In this document: one piece after another, positions 48,368-55,850 of the stretch
Layout: every line of letters starts with the position of its first letter
Numbering within the stretch: position 1 is the stretch's first letter
DNA from: an uncultured Acidobacteriota bacterium
GTDB lineage: Bacteria > Acidobacteriota > Terriglobia > Acidiferrales > UBA7541
Reading direction: 5' to 3'
Assembly: GCA_963838265.1 (NCBI GenBank)
Contig: CAWIQN010000009.1
Coordinates: 220,487 to 284,486, forward strand
DNA: 64,000 bases
The notes under the pieces: model-generated
Seen by the model: only the letters and a program-made list of their open reading frames with translations
The model's database searches: none
What the model was told of the DNA's origin: nothing
Made by a program: the position numbers and the translations under genes

Positions 48368-49291
48368 TTAGACTTCCCCCGCGCGAACGCCAAGCCGCAC
48401 CCTGGCTCCCAATTCCATCCCCGCCGAAGCCGCGCGCACTTCAACTGAACTTCCCGCCAAACGGCAAGTCACCGTCCCCGCAGCCTCTTGCACCGCCACC
48501 ACGATCGCCTCGAAGTCCGTCCCGGCCACAGTAAACTCTTCCGCGGCAATCCTGCCGTGCTCAAGAGTAATAACGCGTTCCCCGAGCGCCCGCACCTCTT
48601 CATAGTCGTGCGTCACGTAAAGAATAGGAATGCCATGCGACTGATTCCAGGCGCGCAAATCTTCGATGATGTGCGCCTTCGTGCGCGCGTCCAACGATGA
48701 CAAGGGCTCGTCCAAAAGCAAAACACACGGTTCGGTGACCAACGCCCGCGCCAGCGCCACGCGTTGCTGCTCGCCACCAGATACCTCTCGCGGCAAGCGG
48801 TCGGCAAGGTGCGCGATGCGAAACGATTCCATGATAGTGGCCGCCCGCCGCAGCCGCTCCGCCTTATCCAGCTTGCTCAGGCCATAAACCACATTTTCTT
48901 GCACGCTCAGATGCGGAAAAAGCGCCAAATTCTGAAATACAAAAGCCACGTTGCGATGACGCGGCTCGAGATTGATTCGGCGCTCCGAATCAAACACCAC
49001 GCGTTCGCCAATCGTGATGCAGCCGCGCTCCAACTCCGAAAGTCCCGCGACGCAGCGCAACAACGTCGTCTTCCCGGCGCCAGAGTGGCCACGCAGCACC
49101 GTGAACCCCGGCGGCACCTGGAATCTCGACTCTAGCGTGAAGCAAGTCTTTCCCGCGATGGCGTGCCGTTTGCACACGTCGATATGTAATACGCTGGGCG
49201 CGTTGTTGTCCGCGCCGGCCGCCACGTGGTCATTAGCCGCGGGTACGGCTACGTCTGGAAACCAGCTGCCAAGAACGCTTAGTTCTCCCAT
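48368..49291 (-). CDS. Oxyanion (ModC/WtpC-like) ABC transporter ATPase; C-terminal TOBE region appears short
   Basis: GHSGAGKT, VSGGEQQR, LLLDEP, VTHD. Confidence 0.85.
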   Translation of the reverse strand: MGELSVLGSWFPDVAVPAANDHVAAGADNNAPSVLHIDVCKRHAIAGKTCFTLESRFQVPPGFTVLRGHSGAGKTTLLRCVAGLSELERGCITIGERVVFDSERRINLEPRHRNVAFVFQNLALFPHLSVQENVVYGLSKLDKAERLRRAATIMESFRIAHLADRLPREVSGGEQQRVALARALVTEPCVLLLDEPLSSLDARTKAHIIEDLRAWNQSHGIPILYVTHDYEEVRALGERVITLEHGRIAAEEFTVAGTDFEAIVVAVQEAAGTVTCRLAGSSVEVRAASAGMELGARVRLGVRAGEV

Positions 49292-50106
49292 TTTGTCACC
49301 TTCCCAAGTGGCGCCAGAACATCCGCAACGCCCGTCAAACGGCTAAGATTCATGGAGACGCTTACGGCAATCACCGCCAAAATCACTAAACAGAACGCAA
49401 TTGGCAGCGCCCCCGCCAGTCCATCCGACTCGAATTTCACCCACAGGTACACCGGCAGCGTGTGCGGGTTGTACGCCATGATCAGCGTCGCGCCAAATTC
49501 CCCGAGCGCGCGAATCCACGCCAATGTGATTCCCGCGGCGATGCCCGGCCACGCTAGCGGAAGCGATATCCGCCAAAAAATGCGCCACGCCGAATCGCCC
49601 AAAGTCCCGGCCGCCGATTCCAGTTCGGAATCTACGCTCGAGAATCCCGCCAGCGCCGAAACAATCACAAACGGCGACGCCACAAAAATCTGCACCAGAA
49701 TGATTCCCAATAAACTATTCGTGAGTGGAATATTCCGCGCGTCAAACGGTTGGCCGATCGCTCCGTACGGGCCGAACAGCCGCAACAAAAGTATTCCACC
49801 CGCCAGATCGGGCACCACCATCGGCAGAAACACCAGCCCAATCCACAGTCTCTTAAACGGCAATTTGGCGCGCGCCAGCAGATAACCCAGCGGCACGCCC
49901 ATCAGCGACATCGCCAACACCGCAATCCCAGAAGACACCACGGAAACTTTCAACGCACTCAATGCCTCTGGCTGCCGCAACGACGCCAGCACCTCCGCCG
50001 GGTTGCTCTTCAGCAGCAAATTGGCGATGGGCAAAACCAAATTCAGCAGCAGTACGCCGCCCAGCAACGCAAAAATCACGAATGTGCGATTCAGTAGACG
50101 GTTCAT
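49279..50106 (-). CDS. Oxyanion (ModB/WtpB-like) ABC transporter permease
   Basis: LPMVVP..GILLL, ESAAGTLG EAA loop, RALGEFGAT. Confidence 0.88.
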   Translation of the reverse strand: MNRLLNRTFVIFALLGGVLLLNLVLPIANLLLKSNPAEVLASLRQPEALSALKVSVVSSGIAVLAMSLMGVPLGYLLARAKLPFKRLWIGLVFLPMVVPDLAGGILLLRLFGPYGAIGQPFDARNIPLTNSLLGIILVQIFVASPFVIVSALAGFSSVDSELESAAGTLGDSAWRIFWRISLPLAWPGIAAGITLAWIRALGEFGATLIMAYNPHTLPVYLWVKFESDGLAGALPIAFCLVILAVIAVSVSMNLSRLTGVADVLAPLGKVTKWEN

Positions 50107-51107
50107 GGCGGAAACGCTCCCGTACTAAAGCCGCGCAGCTCTTGCGGAACTTCGTTGGGATCCCCGCCGGTTTGGTGCGCCACGTTGGTAAATCCAAACT
50201 GCGTCAAGAGTTTGTCGGAAGACAAAACAAATTTGACGAACGCCAGCGCCGCCTCGCGATGCCGCACCGTCTCTGGGATGGTGATGGTGAAAAGAATCGG
50301 CGCGCCAACCACGTGCTCGCCAGACTTCGTATCGTACGATTCCTGCGCGTAGCTGGCCGCGAACCGCGGATCGCCCAGATTAATTTCCGGCGGCAGCGTC
50401 ACAAACGGCAGCTTGTGCGCCACCGCTTCGTGCTTATAAAAAATCCCCGCATCAAACTCGCCGGATTCCAGCCGCGCCAGCAGCACAATTTCTGGAAACA
50501 CTTGCGCTGGATTCAGCGCCGCGCCCAGCAATCGCGGAATCTCCGGCCGATGGTAATACCGCCCCGCCAGCCCAAACATAAATAGCGTCCGGTAACCCTT
50601 CGGATCGATACTCGGGTCGCCGCGTCCAAATCGCACCCTCGGAGTCTCCAGCAGTTCGTACCACGCCATTTTCCCCGCGCGCACATCCTCAAACGTCGCC
50701 GCAAATTTACTCTGCGGGTCGTACCCCAGCACCAGTTGCGAAGCCGCCACGGTCATGAACCATTTCACAAGGTTGCCGTTTTCCTGCCCCATCAGCACCT
50801 GCCGATTGACGCCCGGATCCGCGCTGATATACACGTCCGGCGCCCGCATGTGATCGCGAATCATCCGCGCGCCTCCCAAGGATCCTTGCGCCTCGCCTTG
50901 ATAGGAAATTCCCGTAGCGCGAATGAACTCTGGCCCCACGCCGTTCTCCATCACCGCGGCGAGTGAACCCGCGTACAAAACCGAAACACCCTGCGCTTCG
51001 GAACTTCCCGCTGTGGGCAGCAGCAGAATGGCAGTGCATGCTGCCAACACCGCACCCACCATGCGTTTCATCAGGCCTTGAACTTCACCACGCGATTTCG
51101 TTTTCAT
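50103..51107 (-). CDS. WtpA/ModA-type oxyanion-binding periplasmic protein
   Basis: YAGSL, AQGS, DVYISAD, DPSIDPKGYR, PE..L..RLESGEFD, LPPEINLG; signal peptide ending AQG. Confidence 0.82.
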   Translation of the reverse strand: MKTKSRGEVQGLMKRMVGAVLAACTAILLLPTAGSSEAQGVSVLYAGSLAAVMENGVGPEFIRATGISYQGEAQGSLGGARMIRDHMRAPDVYISADPGVNRQVLMGQENGNLVKWFMTVAASQLVLGYDPQSKFAATFEDVRAGKMAWYELLETPRVRFGRGDPSIDPKGYRTLFMFGLAGRYYHRPEIPRLLGAALNPAQVFPEIVLLARLESGEFDAGIFYKHEAVAHKLPFVTLPPEINLGDPRFAASYAQESYDTKSGEHVVGAPILFTITIPETVRHREAALAFVKFVLSSDKLLTQFGFTNVAHQTGGDPNEVPQELRGFSTGAFPP

Positions 51108-51200
51108 GAAATATTCGCAATTGCAAAAAATTCGGAAACCGCCACAACGGAGGCCTTCATCACGTGCTGGAAAGCCTCCGTCGCGCGGTCCATCATATTG

Positions 51201-53039
51201 TCATGACTTGGTGATGGTAATCGGCGTCCCGTCAAACTTCGTGAACTGGAAAAACACGTCCTGCTCCGGATAGGTGTTGATCACCGTTTGCAGCAGGATG
51301 ATCGCGACCTGTTCGCCAAGCAGCAGCGATTGCGTGTAGTCACTGCGCCAGTGCATGCCCGCGGTATCCCGCGCGATGCCCACGTTCGAAGCCAGTTTGT
51401 TGAGTTCCGTCCCCACGGTAATCTGCCCTACGTCCGCGCCGGCGTAGGGAACTAGAGTCGTCCCATCCGGCGAATACATCGGCGTGACCCCGTTCGCAAG
51501 AAACGTCTCCGAATCATTGAAAAACGCCTTCAGCACCGTCACCGAAGCGCCGCCTACCGTCGCGTGCCCCGATCCGTACGCCGGATGCGTCGGAGATCCC
51601 TCCGGATACGCCATCGGCAACCAGTAGCCTCCGAACTTCGAAAACGTCTGCGGCAACGCTTGCGAGTTCAGCACATCCGAGTGCACCGGATACGTCGCCG
51701 CTCCGGTAAAAATATTTTGCAGCCATCCGCCATACTCTTCCGGACGCAGCGTGCGATGCACGAAATACTTCTGGTACCACACCGCGCGCAGCGCCCGCAG
51801 CGAGGCATCCGCCATCAGCGCCGTAATGTGCGGCCCGCCCCACTGCGCAAAATTCGTTTCTGCCGGAGTCTTCGTCGCGCTATAGGGCGACCCGGGGTTG
51901 AGCGGGAAGTTCTGCGCCAGCATCGCTACCGCGCCGAAATAATATGCTTGGTACAGCTCGTCGATGTGCACCAGCCCGCCAAAGCTACGGCCGTCGTGCA
52001 CCCACACTGGATTCGGCTCCAGCTGGTTATTCCCAAAGTCAAAAAAGATGCTTCTGCTCAGCGCCGGTACGGTCACCTGGCCGTTTTGCACCGCCAGAAA
52101 TGCCGACTGCGTGGTCATGTAATCCACGTTCGGGGCATACGTGAAATACTGCTGCGCGGCCACGCCGCTCGAATTGTCCACCGCAAAATTTCCCAATCCA
52201 AAGGTCGTCGGCATCATCAGCAGCTGCGACACATAAGGCCCCACCGTGTCTCCCACGGTGATTCCGCGGAATAGCGTCTGGGCCGTAACTTGCCCACCCT
52301 GTTTCGGCCCTTTGAAATTGGATAGCGCATTTAAATCCGCGATCGCTGCCGAAGATAACGGCTCCGCCCCGTACTGGCTAAACGGCACATCTCTACACAG
52401 TGCGTGCCAGTACAGCTCCACAGCTTCTCCCGCGCGCTCTGCGCTCGAAAACGTCGGAGCCGGCGGAATCGTCACCGCCGCGCTATCCACCCCATCCAAA
52501 TTCACCACCAAGCCTGCCTGCGGACTCGCATACGGCGCCGTTCCGCCCAGCGTAATAGCCTCAAAGTCCGCTTGTTTGCCCGTCGTGCAGGCCTTCAGAA
52601 ATGTCTTGTACGCTGCCGGATCCACTTGCCCCAACCCATCGTGTGGCAAATTCTTGGTGAAATTTCCGATGTAGTTGTCGTTGGCAAACGCAGATTCGTC
52701 CGTGTTCGGGACCTGCGCCGGCAGCGGCCTTGCCAACTCCTTCAACGCCGCCTTTTCTCGGATCGCGAATACAAACGCTTGCCGCGCTGCGCCTCCCACA
52801 GGAAAGGTCGCCGTCGGCGTAGCCGGGTTAACCGCAGCTTGCGCCGCCGCCGCGTTCCCGCCCATCAGCGGTTCCAGCGGAATCGCCGCCGCCGCTGTGG
52901 CCAATGCCGCCAAGCCGCCGGCATGTCCCAAAAACGCACGCCGACTCGGCCCGCGCGACCCCACTTTTGCATTCGGATTTACGAGGTTATTGCTGTCGCC
53001 TTTGTATTCCGTCGGGACGCTCTTCTTCTCTTCGCTCAT
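51201..53039 (-). CDS. Vanadium-dependent haloperoxidase (bromoperoxidase-like) with Tat signal
   Basis: WYQK....HRTLRPE (K, R), PTHPAYGSGH (S, G, H), RDTAGMHWRSD (R, H), GNFTKNLPHD, ELNKLASN; SRRAFL Tat motif. Start set at 53039 behind AAGGAG. Confidence 0.88.
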   Translation of the reverse strand: MSEEKKSVPTEYKGDSNNLVNPNAKVGSRGPSRRAFLGHAGGLAALATAAAAIPLEPLMGGNAAAAQAAVNPATPTATFPVGGAARQAFVFAIREKAALKELARPLPAQVPNTDESAFANDNYIGNFTKNLPHDGLGQVDPAAYKTFLKACTTGKQADFEAITLGGTAPYASPQAGLVVNLDGVDSAAVTIPPAPTFSSAERAGEAVELYWHALCRDVPFSQYGAEPLSSAAIADLNALSNFKGPKQGGQVTAQTLFRGITVGDTVGPYVSQLLMMPTTFGLGNFAVDNSSGVAAQQYFTYAPNVDYMTTQSAFLAVQNGQVTVPALSRSIFFDFGNNQLEPNPVWVHDGRSFGGLVHIDELYQAYYFGAVAMLAQNFPLNPGSPYSATKTPAETNFAQWGGPHITALMADASLRALRAVWYQKYFVHRTLRPEEYGGWLQNIFTGAATYPVHSDVLNSQALPQTFSKFGGYWLPMAYPEGSPTHPAYGSGHATVGGASVTVLKAFFNDSETFLANGVTPMYSPDGTTLVPYAGADVGQITVGTELNKLASNVGIARDTAGMHWRSDYTQSLLLGEQVAIILLQTVINTYPEQDVFFQFTKFDGTPITITKS

Positions 53040-53489
53040 GTCTTCTCTCCTTTTTGCATGGTCGCCCTTGCGAGCAACCTTGCAAGCAACCCTTACAAGC
53101 AAATGGGTACCCTGTGACTGGAGCGATTCGGGGAGCTACTCTCTCGGAATCCAAAGTCGCAAGCGGGGAGGGGGCGACTCTGGGTAGCGCTGGAACGCCA
53201 ACCTGTTCCCGAGAGTTCGAGTCTTCGCCAGTTGGCGCGCAGACTACTCCGAGCGCCGCGCATTGTCTACTGTTTATAAGGACGATTTTGGTTCAGGTAC
53301 CGCGGACAGGGTGCCCAAAGCGTAACCACAAGATAATCAACGAGATTGCTTCACGACTACGTCCAGGTATCGCTGCCTATCCATCGCGCGGTGATAACAA
53401 ACGTGCTGGCGCCATAAAGCCAACAATCGCCAGAAACCGCAACCCTTCAGCGGAGGCGCCACTTTTCACTCTCCAGGCACACCAGTATT

Positions 53490-53505
53490 TTCTGTATTTA
53501 CAGAA
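53490..53505. promoter_or_regulatory. Putative operator of the GbsR-like regulator
   Basis: Perfect TTCTGTA-TT-TACAGAA palindrome about 55 bp upstream of the regulator start. Confidence 0.55.
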
Positions 53506-53558
53506 TCTACCGAATATGCTAACGTGGGCCTAGTTAAACATCCTCCCTCGGAGACTCG

Positions 53559-54119
53559 ATGAACGATCAACATAGCCAAGTCGGCCAACTAACTCCCGTA
53601 GCGCAAAAATTCGTTTTGCATTGGGGCGAAATGGGCACCCGCTGGGGCCTCAACCGCACCGTCGCCCAACTCCACGCCCTGCTGTTCATCTCCCCGCGCC
53701 CGCTTCCCGCTGACGAAATTTCCACCACGCTAGCCGTCGCCCGCTCCAACGTCTCCACCAGCCTCCGCGAACTCCAGGGTTGGCGCATCGTCCGCGTCGT
53801 CCACGTCCTCGGCGATCGCCGCGACCACTTCGAAGCCATCAAGGACGTCGTCGAAATCTTCCGCATCGTCTCCGAAGAGCGCAAACGCCGCGAAATTGAC
53901 CCCACCCTCCGCGTCCTCGCCGAGTGCGTCGAAGAATCAAAGGGCGCGGGCGACGCCTACAGCCACGAGCGCCTCGTCAGCATGCTCGAATTCCTCACCG
54001 CCATGACCGGCATGTTCGAAGAAATCATGCGCATGCCCAGCCCCGCCCTGAAAGGCGTGGTCAAACTCCGCGGCAAAGTAATCACCCTGCTAGGCACCGA
54101 AAAAAAGAAAACGGGTTAG
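53559..54119 (+). CDS. GbsR/MarR family transcriptional regulator
   Basis: [39 protein letters not shown]. Confidence 0.85.
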   Translation: MNDQHSQVGQLTPVAQKFVLHWGEMGTRWGLNRTVAQLHALLFISPRPLPADEISTTLAVARSNVSTSLRELQGWRIVRVVHVLGDRRDHFEAIKDVVEIFRIVSEERKRREIDPTLRVLAECVEESKGAGDAYSHERLVSMLEFLTAMTGMFEEIMRMPSPALKGVVKLRGKVITLLGTEKKKTG

Positions 54120-54181
54120 TAGCACAGGTTTACGCCCGCAGGGCGCACTCCTGTTTACCCTGAGGCACGAAGGGCCTGTGC
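54119..54181 (+). repeat. GTAG REP with expanded loop (compound repeat)
   Basis: GTAGCACAGG...CCTGTGC arms as at 15436, enclosing CCCTGAGGCACGAAGGG. Confidence 0.55.
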
Positions 54182-54225
54182 TCTTTTCGCAGTCGCACGG
54201 AAGCCACGGTGAACCAGAGGCAACC

Positions 54226-54642
54226 ATGATCTCTCTAGCCAACGAATACACCGATAGCAAGGGCCGTCACGCAAGAGGCTGGCTCTTCTTCGACGCCGAC
54301 TGCCTCTTCTGCACAAAAATCGCCCGCGCGTTAGCTCCCATCCTGGAACGCCGCGGCTTAGCGCTAGCCCCCCTGCAAGATCCCAGAGTAGCCGCCCTCC
54401 TAGGCCTCTCCCACGACCACCTAATGCGCGAAATCCATCTACTAATATCCGACGGCACCCAATTCGGCGGTGCCAACGCCGTAGTAGCCCTGTCCCGACA
54501 AATCTGGTGGGCACGCCCGCTGGTCTGGCTAGCAAAAATTCCCGGCATCATGAACCTACTGCGCGCCGCCTACCGCGCCATCGCCGCCAACCGCAGCTGC
54601 TCCGCCGCAAATTGCGTCGTCCCTCCGGCGAACCACACGTAA
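54226..54642 (+). CDS. DCC1-like thiol-disulfide oxidoreductase (DUF393)
   Basis: [23 protein letters not shown]. Confidence 0.8.
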   Translation: MISLANEYTDSKGRHARGWLFFDADCLFCTKIARALAPILERRGLALAPLQDPRVAALLGLSHDHLMREIHLLISDGTQFGGANAVVALSRQIWWARPLVWLAKIPGIMNLLRAAYRAIAANRSCSAANCVVPPANHT

Positions 54643-55656
54643 ATGAAACCCCGCATCCCACGTCGCGTCGTTCTCGCGGGAGGCAGCGGCCAAGTCGGAA
54701 CTCTTCTCGCCAGACATTTTCAAGCCCACGGCGACGCGGTGGTCGTGCTAAGCCGCAAACCGGTCGTTCCACTTTTGCGAGCAGCAGAATGGGACGCCAA
54801 CACCATCGGACCGTGGATCAAAGAACTGGACGGCGCGGACCTGTTGATAAATCTAACCGGCCGCAGCGTCAACTGCCGCTACCACGCCGCTAACCGCCGC
54901 GAAATCCTCGAATCCAGAGTGCACAGCACGCGAGTCCTCGGCGAAGCCATCGCCAAACTCAAGCAACCTCCTCCACTTTGGTTGAACGCCAGCACCGCCA
55001 CAATTTATCGCCACGCCCTGGATCACCCCATGGATGAAGAAACCGGCGAGCTTGGCGGAAACGAGCCAAACGCGCCGTCCACCTGGAAATTCAGCATCGA
55101 GGTGGCCAAGCGCTGGGAAGAGTCCTTCTTCGCTTGTGAATTGCCGGCCACCAGAAAAATCGCGCTGCGCAGCGCTATGGTTATGAGCCCCGACCGCGGC
55201 GGCATCTTCGACGTTCTACTCACGCTGGTGCGTTTTGGCCTCGGCGGCGCATCAGGAAACGGTCGCCAATTTGTATCCTGGATTCACGAACAAGATTTCG
55301 TCGGCGCGATCGAACACCTAATCGCGAACCCCAACGTCAGTGGCTGTGTAAACCTGTCCTCTCCCAACCCAATTCCAAACGCCGAATTCATGCGCGCACT
55401 CCGTTCCGCCTGGGGCATTCGCGTGGGTCTACCCGCTACAAAATGGATGCTGGAAATAGGTGCGCTATTCCTGCGCACAGAAACGGAACTAATCCTCAAA
55501 AGCCGCCGCGTCGTGCCAACACGGTTACTACACGATGGCTTTCAGTTTCGCTTCCCGGAATGGCCCGCGGCCTCACGCGATCTAGTCCGGCGTTGGAAAA
55601 TTCCGTCGGAAAGTTTTCCCCAATTAGCAGACTACTCCGCCGAATCACAAGTGTGA
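54643..55656 (+). CDS. TIGR01777-family NAD-dependent epimerase-like protein
   Basis: GGSGQVG, INLTGRSV, SRVHST, NASTATIY, GNGRQFVSWIH, NLSSPNP, LKSRRVVP. Confidence 0.85.
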   Translation: MKPRIPRRVVLAGGSGQVGTLLARHFQAHGDAVVVLSRKPVVPLLRAAEWDANTIGPWIKELDGADLLINLTGRSVNCRYHAANRREILESRVHSTRVLGEAIAKLKQPPPLWLNASTATIYRHALDHPMDEETGELGGNEPNAPSTWKFSIEVAKRWEESFFACELPATRKIALRSAMVMSPDRGGIFDVLLTLVRFGLGGASGNGRQFVSWIHEQDFVGAIEHLIANPNVSGCVNLSSPNPIPNAEFMRALRSAWGIRVGLPATKWMLEIGALFLRTETELILKSRRVVPTRLLHDGFQFRFPEWPAASRDLVRRWKIPSESFPQLADYSAESQV

Positions 55657-55850
55657 CCCTCGCCCACGAACCGACCTGAATCGTCCACCCTTCCCATCTC
55701 TTCTCCACGCTCTCCGTCTCTCTGCGCTCTCTCCGTTAGTCTTTTTTCTCCAATCCCGCACGATCCACTCACCAATGAAAATAGAAAAGTATCGCATTAC
55801 GATATATAATGTCTTTAGGCAGCAAGGTCAACGGAGACCACCGCAACGAT

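Noticed and set aside
53170-53232. tRNA-like fragment (GTTCGAGTC...GCCA)
   Set aside because: Too short, the T-stem does not pair properly, and the spacing to CCA is wrong.
53040-53480. Moco/Wco riboswitch or ModE box upstream of the VHPO-ABC unit
   Set aside because: I could not match either consensus on the coding strand by eye. An Rfam/Infernal scan would settle it.
12872-54181. CRISPR array
   Set aside because: The repeats are dispersed palindromes, not regularly spaced direct repeats with unique spacers, and no cas genes are present.
55789-55818. Possible dif site (GTATCGCATTA-CGATAT-ATAATGTC...)
   Set aside because: The XerD arm matches TTATGTTAAAT poorly. It is better explained as a TATAAT -10 box for the ClC gene.
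55657-55850. Fluoride riboswitch upstream of the ClC gene
   Set aside because: No GGCGATGG...-type consensus, and the protein lacks ClC-F motifs.
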